Shown piece after piece: positions 16,094-27,074 of a DNA stretch of 64,000 nucleotides. The first letter of the stretch is position 1. Every line of letters starts with the position of its first letter. Origin of the DNA: an uncultured Holophaga sp. Its GTDB lineage: Bacteria; Acidobacteriota; Holophagae; Holophagales; Holophagaceae. The translations under genes were made by a program, and so were the position numbers. The notes beneath the pieces are model-generated. The model made no database searches. It was not told where the DNA came from and worked only from the letters and a program-made list of their open reading frames with translations. The stretch is from positions 2,784,001 to 2,848,000 of the forward strand of contig OY761614.1 in assembly GCA_963664825.1 (NCBI GenBank), given 5' to 3'.

Positions 16094-17287
16094 ATGAGCA
16101 CTGATTCCATAAGCGATGCCCTCGAACTTCTGCTCAAGGGCACGATCACCTGTCACACCACGGCCATGCTTGAGGCTCGATTGAAGGCGGGCCGCCCGCT
16201 TCGCGTGAAGGCTGGCTTCGATCCCACGGCTCCCGATCTCCATCTGGGCCATGGGGTGCTGCTCCGGAAGATGGCCCAGTTCCAGAAATTGGGTCATACG
16301 GTGATCTTCCTGGTGGGGGACTTCACCGGCATGATTGGCGATCCCACGGGGAAGAAGGCCGCTCGCCCCCCCCTCACCCGGGAGGCGATCAACCTCAACG
16401 CGGAGACCTACAAGGCCCAGGTCTTCAAGATCCTGGACCCCGAGAAGACCGAGGTTCGCTTCAACAGTGAGTGGATGGATCCCCTGCATGGTCCCGACTG
16501 GATCCGATTGGCCTCCAAGTTCACCGTGGCCCAGATGCTGGAACGCAACGATTTCCAGAAGCGCATGGCGGCCAGCGAGCCCATCAGTTTCCATGAACTC
16601 CTCTATCCGCTGGTGCAGGCTTACGATTCCGTGGCCCTTCATACGGATGTGGAACTGGGCGGCAATGATCAGCTCTTCAATCTCATGCGGGGGCGAGATC
16701 TCCAGGAATCCTTGGGACAGCCGCCCCAGGTCGTGCTGACGGTGCCCCTGCTGCTGGGCCTGGATGGCGTGGAGAAAATGTCCAAGTCCATGGGCAACTA
16801 CATCGGGTTCTGCGAGAGCCCCGATGACCAGTTCGGCAAAGCCATGAGCATCTCGGACGCCCTGATGTGGGAGTGGTATCTGCTTCTCACCGACAAACTG
16901 CCCTCCGAGATCGAGGCCATGAAGATGGGCCACCCCATGGACGCCAAGAAGGGGTTGGCCCGAGAGATCGTGGCCCAGTTCCACGGCATCGCCGAAGGGC
17001 GGGGGGCCGAGGAACGCTGGGTGCGCCGCTTTTCCGAGCGGAAGGTGGAGGATGCTCCCGAGACCTCCGTGTCTGCCACCGGAGGCAAAGTCCCCCTCAG
17101 CCGCCTGCTGGTGGAGCGCGGCATGGCGGCGTCTCGCAAGGAGGCCGAGCGGCTCATGGCTCAAGGGGCCGTGAGCCTGGATGGCCAGAAGGTGTCCGAC
17201 CCGCAGCACAGGCTCGATCTCCGTTCCGGCGATCAGGTGTTGGTCCGGGCCGGGAAACTGAAACTCGAACGGTGGGTGGTGAAATGA
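16094..17287 (+). CDS. tyrS: Tyrosine--tRNA ligase
   Basis: [26 protein letters not shown] and a C-terminal S4 domain. Confidence 0.97.
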   Translation: MSTDSISDALELLLKGTITCHTTAMLEARLKAGRPLRVKAGFDPTAPDLHLGHGVLLRKMAQFQKLGHTVIFLVGDFTGMIGDPTGKKAARPPLTREAINLNAETYKAQVFKILDPEKTEVRFNSEWMDPLHGPDWIRLASKFTVAQMLERNDFQKRMAASEPISFHELLYPLVQAYDSVALHTDVELGGNDQLFNLMRGRDLQESLGQPPQVVLTVPLLLGLDGVEKMSKSMGNYIGFCESPDDQFGKAMSISDALMWEWYLLLTDKLPSEIEAMKMGHPMDAKKGLAREIVAQFHGIAEGRGAEERWVRRFSERKVEDAPETSVSATGGKVPLSRLLVERGMAASRKEAERLMAQGAVSLDGQKVSDPQHRLDLRSGDQVLVRAGKLKLERWVVK

Positions 17288-19023
17288 GCGCAAAGGCCCT
17301 CCAGGACCTCTTCCGGCGCCACCGAGAGAAGGCCACGGGCCTCTGGAAACTGGGGCAGGATCCCAGTCGCACGGTCTACTTTGATTCAGGGGATATCGTG
17401 TTCGCCCAGAGCACCCACCCCATGGACCGCCTGACGCATCTCCTGGTGGAGCGGGGCAAGCTCACACAGACCCAGCTCGATTACGCCTTGGCCAATCTGC
17501 GCCAGGGCATCAGCATCGGCAAGAACCTGATCGAGATGGGCTTCATCACCCAGCGGGACCTCCTGGAGGTGGCCCGGGCCCAGGTGGAACGGGTCGTCAG
17601 CGGATCCCTGGCCACGACGGACCTGGAGCCGGCTTTCGAGGCCAAAGAGTTGGATGCCACGGTCGTTCGCTTGCCCTTCGATACCCCCGAGCTCCTCCTC
17701 AATGGTCTCCTGGGCCTCAAGGATCGAGAGGGGCTCCTGGAACTGTTGGGGCCGCTGAACCAGGTGGTGGTCCTGCAGGGACGGCGGCTCCTGGAGATGA
17801 CCCTGCCCGCAGACCTCATCAAGCTGCCCCCCTTGTTGGACGGCACCCACACGCTGCTGGAACTGAGCCGCGAATCCCTGGCGGAGCCTCTGCGCCTGGG
17901 TATCTTCGCGCTCTTCCTGCGGGAGATGGGGTGGGCGCGGCTCCATGAGATGCCCGCCATGGATCGGAGCGCCCTGGCTCTAGCCCTGACTCCCGAGCCG
18001 GAGCCTCTCTCTGCCCCCCTCCCGGCTATCGAAACGGTTCCTTCCCTCTTCTCCTCCATTCAGGCGGCGGCCAAACCGACCACCAATCTGGAACATCTTT
18101 CCCAGGCCTTCGATGCCCTTCCGGAATCGCAGGCTCTTTCGGGCCCCGGAGCGGAAGAGGAGGGCTCGGGATTCTCCGTGGAAAGCGGGCAGGCCTTCCT
18201 GCCGACGCCCCAGGCCCTGTCTGAGCTCCAGAAACCGGCTTCCCAGGCTTTCGAACCCGAAGCACCTATCGCGCCTGTGGAACCCGCGGTGACCATTCTG
18301 CCTTCCACCCTCACAGGCCCCGGTCCCACGCCCACCGAACCCGTCCCCGATTTCGAAGAGGAATTGCCGAAGAGCCACGGGGGCCTCCTGGGAGTCGTTC
18401 TGGGACTGCTGATCTTGGGTGTGGCGGGCACCTTCATCTGGTCCAGGTTGCGACACCGTAGTCCCAGGCCGGCGGTGCCCGTGGCGCCGGTGAAGCGGCC
18501 CGAGCCTCCCAAGGTGGAAACGCTTCCTGGGGCGATGCCCCAGGAGGTCGTTCCCGAACCCCTCTCCGAGACCAAGCCTCCCGAGAAACCTGAACCTAAG
18601 CCGGAACCCAAACCTGAACCTAAGCCTAAGTCTGAACCCAAGCCCATGGCTTCCAAGGAAGCGGGGACTTCGGTGGGGGAGCGGGTGGCGGCCCTGCGGA
18701 AGGGGGATGCGGCGCTGGCCGTGCGTCAGGGGCAGAAACTCGCCAAGGGATTGCCGAAGGGCCACTGGACCCTCCGCCTGGAGATCGCATGCCAACCGGA
18801 AACCCTCCGCCGGGCTGTAGATCTCTTCGGGGATTCCAAACCCGATCTCTGGGTGCTGCCCATGAGCCTTCGCGATGGTCGGAGCTGTTTCCAGGTGTTC
18901 CATGGCCACTATGCCAGTCGAGCCCTGGCGGAGAAGGCCATCCGGAAACTGCCGGTGGCCTTCCGGGGCGGGGGAAGTCGGCCCAAACCGTTCAAGATTG
19001 GGGAGATAGCGCTCAAGCAATGA
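17284..19023 (+). CDS. DUF4388-like N-terminal domain, Pro-rich linker, TM and SPOR-like C-terminal domain protein
   Basis: [14 protein letters not shown]...[14 protein letters not shown] repeats; single TM; terminal [15 protein letters not shown]. Confidence 0.65.
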   Translation: MSAKALQDLFRRHREKATGLWKLGQDPSRTVYFDSGDIVFAQSTHPMDRLTHLLVERGKLTQTQLDYALANLRQGISIGKNLIEMGFITQRDLLEVARAQVERVVSGSLATTDLEPAFEAKELDATVVRLPFDTPELLLNGLLGLKDREGLLELLGPLNQVVVLQGRRLLEMTLPADLIKLPPLLDGTHTLLELSRESLAEPLRLGIFALFLREMGWARLHEMPAMDRSALALALTPEPEPLSAPLPAIETVPSLFSSIQAAAKPTTNLEHLSQAFDALPESQALSGPGAEEEGSGFSVESGQAFLPTPQALSELQKPASQAFEPEAPIAPVEPAVTILPSTLTGPGPTPTEPVPDFEEELPKSHGGLLGVVLGLLILGVAGTFIWSRLRHRSPRPAVPVAPVKRPEPPKVETLPGAMPQEVVPEPLSETKPPEKPEPKPEPKPEPKPKSEPKPMASKEAGTSVGERVAALRKGDAALAVRQGQKLAKGLPKGHWTLRLEIACQPETLRRAVDLFGDSKPDLWVLPMSLRDGRSCFQVFHGHYASRALAEKAIRKLPVAFRGGGSRPKPFKIGEIALKQ

Positions 19024-19179
19024 GGTAGGTTCCCCTAGCAACCTGTCAAGGCGAATGGAAGTCGTTTGGGGTCAATGCCCTTCGTCTCAGGGGCATTGCG
19101 GGGACAATACTTTACATTTTGGAAGATTTGGTTATAATAATGGATACGGTCAAACAGACCCCGATCTTTCTGGAGCGTC

Positions 19180-20031
19180 ATGGAATTCAACCCTCTATCC
19201 ACTCAAAACTGGAGCCGTGCCTTCAATGTCTGGATTGAAGACATCCAGATTCAATTCCAACCTGTGATGGAATTGGAACGGGCGCTCATTCGGGGTGGCT
19301 TGCTGAGGAGGGTCCGCAGTGTCACGCGGGTTTCGGCCGCTCTTGTCGCACTCTTTTTTACAATCCATTGCACCAAGGCTCAGGTGCTACCCCGCATCTC
19401 AAGTCCTGAGCCCATTCCCATGGGGGGATTCACCCCTGGTGAGTATTCCGAACTGGGGGAGGCCAGCTGGTACGGGGGCGGTGAGGATGGATTCGAGGGC
19501 AAGTCCACGGCCAACGGGGATATCTTCGACTCGAATCGATTCACCTGCGCTCACCGCACGCTGCCGCTCGGGAGCTACGTCGAGGTGCAGAACCTCGATA
19601 GCGGGAAGAAGGCCACCTTCCGGGTCAACGACCGGGGTCCCTTCGCACGAAGCCGTGTGCTCGATGTTTCCAGGCAAGGGGCGAAAGAACTCGGATTCCT
19701 CGGGGAGGGTGTGGCCAGGGTCAAGCTCCGGGCGGTCAATCTCGATGGCAGTCCCGCGCTCCTCGATCCCTTTATCGATCAGGAGAACCCCTTCACCGTC
19801 GAGGTCGCGGCCCTGACCGAACCGAACAACCTTGAGCGTCTCAGCCGTGATCTGGAAGATACCTTCGGCCCCGTCACCCTCCAGGACGGGCATGCCCCCG
19901 GTGAGGGAGACGTGAAGCGGGTCCGGGTGGGATCCAATACGCGCATCGAGGATGCCCAGAAGGCCGCAGAGGAGATCGTCAAGCATTTCGGAGATCGTGG
20001 TGTCGAACCCTTCATTGCCAGGCGACGCTAG
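19180..20031 (+). CDS. rlpA: Septal ring lytic transglycosylase RlpA family
   Basis: GEASWYG, TANGD, TCAHRTLP, VNDRGPF and LDVS motifs plus a SPOR domain; true start may be further downstream. Confidence 0.88.
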   Translation: MEFNPLSTQNWSRAFNVWIEDIQIQFQPVMELERALIRGGLLRRVRSVTRVSAALVALFFTIHCTKAQVLPRISSPEPIPMGGFTPGEYSELGEASWYGGGEDGFEGKSTANGDIFDSNRFTCAHRTLPLGSYVEVQNLDSGKKATFRVNDRGPFARSRVLDVSRQGAKELGFLGEGVARVKLRAVNLDGSPALLDPFIDQENPFTVEVAALTEPNNLERLSRDLEDTFGPVTLQDGHAPGEGDVKRVRVGSNTRIEDAQKAAEEIVKHFGDRGVEPFIARRR

Positions 20032-20695
20032 GCCCTATCTGTTGATACCGGCCGGGGGCCAAGGACTCCGAATGGGGGGCGGTATCCCCAAACAGTTCAG
20101 GGACTGGGGAGGCGTTCCGCTCCTGCGCGCGACCGTCCAGGCCTTTCTCGCGGAGGGCATGTCCCCTCTTGCCGGTATCGCCCTTTCGGTGCCTGAAACG
20201 CGTGTGGCTGAGGTGCGGAGCTGGGACTTCGGTTGCCCCCTCTGGGTGACCGAGGGGGGTGCCACTCGCCAAGCCTCGGTGGCGGCCGCACTGGCCCTAT
20301 TGCCCGCTCAACCCGACGGCCCGGTCATGATTCACGATGGGGTGAGGCCCTTTCCTCCCGCGGATTCCATCCGATTAGCCTTGGCGGCTCTGGCATCTGC
20401 CGATGGCGCCCTTCTGGCGGAGGCTTCCACGGACACTCTGAAACGGGTGGATGCCCAGGGCTGGGTGGTGGCCACGGAGCCTCGAGAATGTATCTTCCGC
20501 GCCCAGACCCCCCAGGTGGCCCTGCTCTCCACCTGGCGTCGCGCCTTTGCCTGGGCTTCCGCGCAGGGATTCGTTGGAACCGATGATGCTTCGATCCTCG
20601 AGGCCATGGGGTTGCGGGTGAGGGTCATCGCGGCCTCGGCCTCCAATCTCAAACTCACGACTCCGGAAGACTGGGACCGAAACGCTCCCCGGTGA
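19997..20695 (+). CDS. ispD: 2-C-methyl-D-erythritol 4-phosphate cytidylyltransferase
   Basis: PAGGQGLRMGGGIPKQF, GGATRQASV, IHDGVRP, AQTPQ, TDDAS and NLKLTTPED motifs. Confidence 0.9.
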   Translation: MVSNPSLPGDARPYLLIPAGGQGLRMGGGIPKQFRDWGGVPLLRATVQAFLAEGMSPLAGIALSVPETRVAEVRSWDFGCPLWVTEGGATRQASVAAALALLPAQPDGPVMIHDGVRPFPPADSIRLALAALASADGALLAEASTDTLKRVDAQGWVVATEPRECIFRAQTPQVALLSTWRRAFAWASAQGFVGTDDASILEAMGLRVRVIAASASNLKLTTPEDWDRNAPR

Positions 20696-20808
20696 CCACA
20701 TGCGTGGTGGACTCGCCCACAGGATGAATTTAGATTACATGCGTAAGCGTTATAAAAAGAGGTTTTGCACATAGGCACGGCTTTTGCTTAAACAGCTTCG
20801 AGGCCCCT

Positions 20809-21729
20809 ATGCCCCGAAGCCGTCATCCCCAGACTCTGCGCCAACCGGTTACCGTGACCGGGCATGGGCTCCATTCCAACCGACCCTGTCGCGTGACCAT
20901 CCATCCGGTCGAGCAGGCCTCTGGCTTGCGCTTCCTGCACACGCCCACGGGCATTGAAATCCCTGCCAAGGTGGACCTGGTGGGAGACCTGAGCCTGGCC
21001 ACGACGCTGGTCAAGGATGGCCTGCGCTTCGGCACGGTCGAACATTTGCTCGCTGCCCTGGCCGGGTTGGAGATCGAGCATGCCCTGATCGAGGTGGATA
21101 GCGAGGAACTGCCCATCCTGGACGGCAGCGCCGCGCCCTGGGTCGAAGCCATCGTCGCCGCAGGCGCGAGGGATCTTCCGGGCTTCCGGCGTTTCATCAA
21201 GATTCTCCGCCCCGTCGAGTTGATGGGAGGGGATAAATGGATGCGCGTTTCCCCTTACCCGGGTTTGCGCCTCCGCTATGCCATCGATTTCGCGCATCCT
21301 TCCATTGGTCGGCAGAGCCGGGAACTGAGCCTGGATCCCGAGAAGTTTCGCCGGGAGCTGGCCTCGGCCAGGACTTTCTGCATGGAGAAGGACATCGAGT
21401 TCATGCGAGCCCATGGTCTAGCGCTGGGTGGGAGCCTGGCGAATGCCATTGTCTTTTCCGCCACAGGGCCCCTCAACGAGACCCTGCGCTATGAAGACGA
21501 GGCTGTGCGCCACAAGATGCTCGATCTCGTGGGTGACTTGGCTCTGCTGGGGGCACCTCTCCTGGGGCTCGTGGAGGCTCATGCCGCAGGGCATGCCCTG
21601 CATGTGGCCTTGGTGAAGGCTCTATTGGCCGACACCGAGGCCTGGACCTGGAGCGAGGGCGGTGAGATCACGGCCACCCGGCCGATCTTTGGTCAGCGGA
21701 TCCCCTCCGCGCACCCGATTCCCGCCTGA
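20809..21729 (+). CDS. lpxC: UDP-3-O-acyl-N-acetylglucosamine deacetylase
   Basis: GLHS, TVEHLLAAL, ELPILDGSA, ARTF and HKMLDLVGDL motifs. Confidence 0.96.
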   Translation: MPRSRHPQTLRQPVTVTGHGLHSNRPCRVTIHPVEQASGLRFLHTPTGIEIPAKVDLVGDLSLATTLVKDGLRFGTVEHLLAALAGLEIEHALIEVDSEELPILDGSAAPWVEAIVAAGARDLPGFRRFIKILRPVELMGGDKWMRVSPYPGLRLRYAIDFAHPSIGRQSRELSLDPEKFRRELASARTFCMEKDIEFMRAHGLALGGSLANAIVFSATGPLNETLRYEDEAVRHKMLDLVGDLALLGAPLLGLVEAHAAGHALHVALVKALLADTEAWTWSEGGEITATRPIFGQRIPSAHPIPA

Positions 21730-21888
21730 TACTAGGGTGCGATCAAGGATAGCGATCTGCGTTAGCAGATTGCGTAGAGCGGCAGCTCTGGAATCGGCCC
21801 ATAGGGCCCATTCCAGAGCAGAGCGGCTTTGATCGCCCGGACTTCATTCCTCTTCTTTTGAACGCAACTTAGTATGATTCATCGCAAT

Positions 21889-21928
21889 CCATAAGAAAGG
21901 CCCTTCCGTGGAAGGGCCTTTCTTATGG
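21889..21928. terminator. Perfect 19-bp inverted repeat between convergent genes
   Basis: CCATAAGAAAGGCCCTTCC-GT-GGAAGGGCCTTTCTTATGG. Confidence 0.7.
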
Positions 21929-21946
21929 TGGGTGTCGTGATTCGGC

Positions 21947-22360
21947 TTAGAAGATGGGATCACCGGGCTTGCGGCGCCAGGCTTCGGCCTTTTGCTTACC
22001 CTTGCCATCGGCCTTGGCCTTGAGGTCCTTGACATCCTTGGCGCCCGCGAGGGTTTCCAGGAGTCCCACCCCTACCCGTGTGGCGACGGCCTTGGTCATG
22101 GCGGGTTTCACCGCGAGTTCTGGAAGGGGCGCTTCCGCTCGCGCCGGGTCCAGCTTCTCGGTCTGTTCTCGAAGGCGCTTTTGATACCAGGCCTTTCGTT
22201 TGGGGTCGATCCTCCGAACTCCCAAGAGGCTACCGGCCTTGCGCGTGAGCATTTTGGGCTTGCTCTCTTTGCGGTCCTCGCGGACTGCGGATTCAGGATT
22301 GGAGGCTTCCTCCAGGATCTTTGCCAGGTCCGCCAGGCTTCCGAGGCCGCGTTTACTCAT
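21947..22360 (-). CDS. Basic hypothetical protein
   Basis: AAGGAG RBS; Lys/Arg-rich 137-aa ORF. Confidence 0.6.
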   Translation of the reverse strand: MSKRGLGSLADLAKILEEASNPESAVREDRKESKPKMLTRKAGSLLGVRRIDPKRKAWYQKRLREQTEKLDPARAEAPLPELAVKPAMTKAVATRVGVGLLETLAGAKDVKDLKAKADGKGKQKAEAWRRKPGDPIF

Positions 22361-22551
22361 GGGTGGTCACTTCTCCTTGTGGGGCATCTGCGCGCCCAAC
22401 CTTTAAGCCTACCGGCTGAAGCCTCTTCATCCAAGCCCAGAACCTACATCTGTCGACGGGAATTCGTGAATCGATAAAACAACCTGCATTTTCTCCGTTG
22501 AAGGCGATAGGCTTGCAATCAGTCCCAATCCCAATGCACAGATGGAATTCC

Positions 22552-25500
22552 ATGATCCCAAGTCTCCGTGAATTCGCCAAACAGCTGATCCTGTTGGTAA
22601 TCCTATCGCTGGCTTGGGCCGGTATCGCCTTGGCAAGCCCTCCCGGGAGAATTTCCTTCAAGGCCTATGGGGCAGAGCAGGGGCTCAGCAATTCCTCCCC
22701 ATGGGCGCTCGCCCAGGATGGTCAGGGATTCATCTGGGTGGGGACAGAAGGGGGGCTCTATCGTTTCGACGGCCAGCGATTCCAGGCCTTTGGACTAAAG
22801 GATGGCCTGCCCTCGGTCTTCGTGAAGGCCCTCCATGTGGATGAGGAAGGCTTACTGTGGGTGGGGACCTATAAAGGGTTGAGCTGCCTCCGGGAAGGCC
22901 GGTTCCAGGCCGCAGCGCTGCCCCAGGCTCAAGTGAACGCCATCAGCAGCGGACCGGATGGCCAGGTCTGGGTGGGGATGACTGAGGGACTGTTCCGGCG
23001 CCTCCCGGATGGGCGTTTCCAGGGCGTGCCGGGATGGCCCGGCGGCGCCGTGACCGCCCTCTGGAGTCGGCCCGGCAGCGAGGCCGTTTGGGTTGCCTCC
23101 TGGCTCGATTCCCGGGCCACCGTCCTGCGTTGGGATGCCAAGGGGTGGCGTCCCTGCGAAGGAGGGAAGGCTTTTACCCAGGAGAGGATCGACGCCCTGG
23201 CCGTGGATGGACGCGGCAGCGTCTGGGCTCGCTCCCTTGATCACCTATGGTGCCTGAACGCGGGCAAGGGAGTGTTCGAGCACTCCAAGCCTACACTCCC
23301 CTCCGCCCGTCAGAAGGGGAACCTCTATGTGGATCCCCGGGGCCGACTCTGGGTGACCACGGACCAGGGGCTCTTCCTGAATACAGGGGGGAAATGGACG
23401 CGCATGGGATTAGCCGAGGGGCTTCCCAGGACCACGCTCCTTTCGATCCTGGAGGACCGGGAAGGTTCGCTTTGGATTGCGGGCGAGGGGCTGTGTCGCC
23501 TGCTGGGAGGGGGTGTGCTGAGGTCCTATACGGAGACCGAGGGACTGCCCAATGACGCCGTGTGGTGCATCTTCCGGGACAAGGCAGGGGCTCTATTCCT
23601 GGGGACTGATGACGGTCTCGCCCAGGCTCAGGAGAGGGGATGGAAGGCGGTTCCAGGCACGCGCAATTTTCAGGTCCGCAGCATCGTGCAGGGGCCCGAT
23701 GGGGCCCTGTACCTGGGGGGTGGGCCCCAGATCCTGCGCCTGGACCCGAAGGGGAGCATCCGGCGCTTCGGAAGCGCGGAGGGCATCGCCACCTCGGGCC
23801 GGATCTTCCGCCTCCTCTTCGACAGACAGGGGAACCTCTGGGTGGCCACGGATGGGGGCGGACTGCTGAAGGGGCAGGGCCTCGGAAATCAATGGCGCTT
23901 CCGGCGGCAGGACATTCCCGGAGGGACGAGCACGGAGCGCTTCAGTGACCTCTTCCAGGACGTTTCTGGCCGCCTCTGGGCCACCGGTGAACGGGGGCTG
24001 GCCATGTGGGACGGGAATGCTTGGCGGCGCTTCACCGTTCAGGACGGTCTGCGGAGCGATCACATTTCCCATATACGTGCCAATGGGAAAGGAGAACTGC
24101 TCATCTCCTATTTCGATCCCTATGGGCTGTGCCGGGCTGCCTATACCCAGGGCGCGTTCAGGGTCCTGGGACACATGGATCAGATCTTCCCCCAGGGGCA
24201 GCAGGTCTATCTCTATGAGGAGGATCCCCGGGGCAATCTCTGGGTGGGCACCGGCCAGGGGCTGGATATGGTGAGTCCGGAGGGGCGGGTCGAACACTTT
24301 GGCCGTGGGGAAGGTCTGGTGGGTGAGGACACCAACGCCATGGCCATCCTGCCTGAGGCCAATGGTGATGTGTGGATCGGCACCAGCAGCGGCCTGGCTC
24401 GGTTCGATGCGGGCTCCTACAAGGGCGTACCCAAGCCTCCCGGAACCGTCTTCCTGGAATGTCGTCTGGGCACCCAGGAATATGCCAGTTCTCCTTCCTC
24501 GGACGTGGTCCGGATTCCCCATGGGGCCAGCACCTTTGTCGTGAAATTCGCGGGGCTGAGCTACATCCGAGAAGGCAAGGTCCAGTATCAGGTGCGCCTG
24601 GAAGGCCTCGAACACGACTGGCATTTTTCTGAAACGCGCGAAGAACGCTATCCAGCCTTGTCTCCCGGGAAATACCGCTTCGATGCTCGTTCTCGGGTCG
24701 GGCAGGGGGAATGGGGCCCCATCTCCTCCTTCGCGTTCCAGGTCCTGCCTGCCTGGTGGCAGACGTGGTGGTTCCGGGCCCTCATGTTGCTGGGTGGCGC
24801 GGGGGCCCTGGCGCTCGTCATCCGGTGGCGGGTGGATGCCCTTCATCGCCGCAACCATGCCCTTGAGGGTATGGTGGCCGCGCGCACCCATGAAGTGGAA
24901 GCCAAGGCCAAGGAACTCGAACAGGCGAACGAGGCCCTGAGGAACCAGAGCCTCACGGATCCCTTGACGGGACTGCGCAACCGCCGCTACCTCGGCGTCT
25001 GCATGCCCAAAGATGTGGCCCAGGTGCAGCGCGTCCACCGGGATGTGGTCGCCACCCGGACCAACAGGGTCCTGCTCAATATCGACCTCGTCTTCCTGAT
25101 GGTGGATATCGATCACTTCAAGTTTGTCAATGATCACTACGGTCATGCCGCCGGTGATCAGGTCCTCCAGCAGGTGGCCGAGATCCTCCGGCAGGTCACC
25201 CGGGATTCGGATACGGTGGTGCGCTGGGGGGGCGAGGAATTCCTGGTGGTGGCCCGCAATGCCGCGAGGCGGGAATCGGTCATCCTAGCGGAGCGCATCC
25301 GGAAGCAGATGGCGGAGCATGACTTCCTGCTGGAGGATGGGACGACCCTGCATCGGACCTGTTCGGTGGGATTCACGTTCTATCCCTTCGTGCCCGAGAA
25401 CCCGAATTTCCTGCCCTGGGAACAGGTGTTGGATATCGCCGATCACTGTCTCTTTGCGGCCAAGCGAGGAGGGCGGGACGCCTGGGTGGGGTTGTTCCCC

Positions 25501-25635
25501 CGGGATGGCTGTGACACGACCAGACTCCAGGCGGGTCTGCCCATGGATATTCCCGGCCTTCTGGGATGTGGGGAGGTTACCGTCGCGACTTCCCTGCCGG
25601 ATACCTGCGGGTTGGATTGGGATTTGAGGACCTGA
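22552..25635 (+). CDS. Sensor diguanylate cyclase (two-component regulator propeller + Y_Y_Y + TM + GGDEF)
   Basis: Repeated QDxxGxLWVGT blades, PAWWQTWWF, TDPLTGLRNRR, DIDHFK and RWGGEEF. Start approximate. Confidence 0.92.
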   Translation: MIPSLREFAKQLILLVILSLAWAGIALASPPGRISFKAYGAEQGLSNSSPWALAQDGQGFIWVGTEGGLYRFDGQRFQAFGLKDGLPSVFVKALHVDEEGLLWVGTYKGLSCLREGRFQAAALPQAQVNAISSGPDGQVWVGMTEGLFRRLPDGRFQGVPGWPGGAVTALWSRPGSEAVWVASWLDSRATVLRWDAKGWRPCEGGKAFTQERIDALAVDGRGSVWARSLDHLWCLNAGKGVFEHSKPTLPSARQKGNLYVDPRGRLWVTTDQGLFLNTGGKWTRMGLAEGLPRTTLLSILEDREGSLWIAGEGLCRLLGGGVLRSYTETEGLPNDAVWCIFRDKAGALFLGTDDGLAQAQERGWKAVPGTRNFQVRSIVQGPDGALYLGGGPQILRLDPKGSIRRFGSAEGIATSGRIFRLLFDRQGNLWVATDGGGLLKGQGLGNQWRFRRQDIPGGTSTERFSDLFQDVSGRLWATGERGLAMWDGNAWRRFTVQDGLRSDHISHIRANGKGELLISYFDPYGLCRAAYTQGAFRVLGHMDQIFPQGQQVYLYEEDPRGNLWVGTGQGLDMVSPEGRVEHFGRGEGLVGEDTNAMAILPEANGDVWIGTSSGLARFDAGSYKGVPKPPGTVFLECRLGTQEYASSPSSDVVRIPHGASTFVVKFAGLSYIREGKVQYQVRLEGLEHDWHFSETREERYPALSPGKYRFDARSRVGQGEWGPISSFAFQVLPAWWQTWWFRALMLLGGAGALALVIRWRVDALHRRNHALEGMVAARTHEVEAKAKELEQANEALRNQSLTDPLTGLRNRRYLGVCMPKDVAQVQRVHRDVVATRTNRVLLNIDLVFLMVDIDHFKFVNDHYGHAAGDQVLQQVAEILRQVTRDSDTVVRWGGEEFLVVARNAARRESVILAERIRKQMAEHDFLLEDGTTLHRTCSVGFTFYPFVPENPNFLPWEQVLDIADHCLFAAKRGGRDAWVGLFPRDGCDTTRLQAGLPMDIPGLLGCGEVTVATSLPDTCGLDWDLRT

Positions 25636-25654
25636 GTATTCCTACCTGCGGGGT

Positions 25655-26938
25655 TTACCTCATGGCTTCCATGGGAGATAGCCGCATGGCGCGGAAGGCC
25701 GGGTAGAGGCCGAAGAGGATGGCGAGGCTCAGCGCGACGGCCCAGGCCGTGACTAGGCCATAGGTATTCACCACCAGCCCCCAGGGGAAGCTCGAGGAGA
25801 GCACACGGCAGAGGACGGAGCCCGCCACCGCCCCTGCGAGGGCGCCTAGGGCGGCCAAGACCACGGCTTCCAGGAGGAACTGGATGAAGATCTGGTGGTC
25901 GGTGGCGCCCATGGCCTTGCGCAGTCCGATCTCGTAGCGGCGGTCGGAAAAAGAGATGAGCATCACGCTGAGGACGCCCACACCCCCCACCAGGAGCACG
26001 GTGGCCGCAAGGCTCTGAAGGACCACCTTCCAGCCCCAGATCTGGTCCTCGAATTGCTGGTAGGCGCGCACCAGTTCGGCGGCGAGATCGGTGGTCTCCA
26101 CATCGTCGATGCCATGATGGGCCTGCCTGGCCCGGGAGAGCAGGGCCGAGGTCACTTCGTTGAGGTCCTCCTTGTGGGCCATCTTGACGTAGAGGCGGTC
26201 CAGGGCGTGTTTGGTGTCCATGCGGTCCATGTAGGCTTCGATGGGCATGAGGAGGCCGTTGGCGTCCAGCCAGGTATCGTCGCTCATGATCTGGAGAGGC
26301 GCCAGCACACCGATGACCTGGAAACTCTGGCCATCGGCGGTGACGGTGCGTCCCACGGGATCGGTGCCGCCGAAGAGCTTGGAAGCCAGGCTGCCCCCCA
26401 GCACCACCACGGCGCTGCGGCGGCGGGCGTCGTCCTCGGTGAGGGCGCGACCGCTAGCGATGGGGCGGTTCTGCCAGGGGAAGTACTCGGGCGTGACTCC
26501 GGTGGCGAAGGTGCGTTCCAGTCCCGTGCCGATGCGGATGCTGGCCTGCTTGGTGGCTCGGGGCAGGAAGGCCTTGACTGCGGGGTGGGGCGCGGTGAGG
26601 CGGGTGAGATCCTCGTAGCGCAGGCCTGGACTGAGGGCAAAGCGCTTCTGCTCTTCAGTGGTCTCAGGGGCCTTCTCGCTGAGCTGGATGGTGCCATCGA
26701 AAGACAGGCCCTGGAAGCCCAGGGAGACCTTGTCCACGATGCCATCCATCACGCTGGTCATCACCACCAGCGCGAAGACGCCTAGCGTCAGCAGGGTCAG
26801 CGTGAGCAGGGACCTCAGGCGGTGGGACCAGAGTTCGCTCAGCCCGCTGAGGACCACTTCCCACAGCAGCCCTGCCCAGGCGAAGTGCGATGGCTTCCGG
26901 AGGGCGGGAAGGGCCATGGAAACGGCAGACTCACTCAT
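25655..26938 (-). CDS. ABC transporter permease (MacB/FtsX-type)
   Basis: RSLLTL, VGGVGVLSVML, EIGLRKAMGA and GLYPAFRA motifs. Confidence 0.9.
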   Translation of the reverse strand: MSESAVSMALPALRKPSHFAWAGLLWEVVLSGLSELWSHRLRSLLTLTLLTLGVFALVVMTSVMDGIVDKVSLGFQGLSFDGTIQLSEKAPETTEEQKRFALSPGLRYEDLTRLTAPHPAVKAFLPRATKQASIRIGTGLERTFATGVTPEYFPWQNRPIASGRALTEDDARRRSAVVVLGGSLASKLFGGTDPVGRTVTADGQSFQVIGVLAPLQIMSDDTWLDANGLLMPIEAYMDRMDTKHALDRLYVKMAHKEDLNEVTSALLSRARQAHHGIDDVETTDLAAELVRAYQQFEDQIWGWKVVLQSLAATVLLVGGVGVLSVMLISFSDRRYEIGLRKAMGATDHQIFIQFLLEAVVLAALGALAGAVAGSVLCRVLSSSFPWGLVVNTYGLVTAWAVALSLAILFGLYPAFRAMRLSPMEAMR

Positions 26939-27074
26939 AGTGCAGCGCCTCCATGGTCGCGACCATGTGGGTCGCTCCGCACGCTCCGGTGGAGCGTGCG
27001 GAGCGGGGCCCCACAGGGAGCGAATCACGTTGAGGGGATTCCAGGCGTCTACTCATAGTGCAGGGCCTCCATGG
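26931..27074 (-). repeat. Structured insert flanked by a 24-bp direct repeat of the gene junction
   Basis: 26933-26956 vs 27051-27074 (23/24); internal 15-bp perfect hairpin at 26973-27005. Confidence 0.8.

Noticed and set aside
18588..18645. Tandem KPEP-coding repeats as a CRISPR or mobile repeat
   Set aside because: In-frame low-complexity linker with no spacers.
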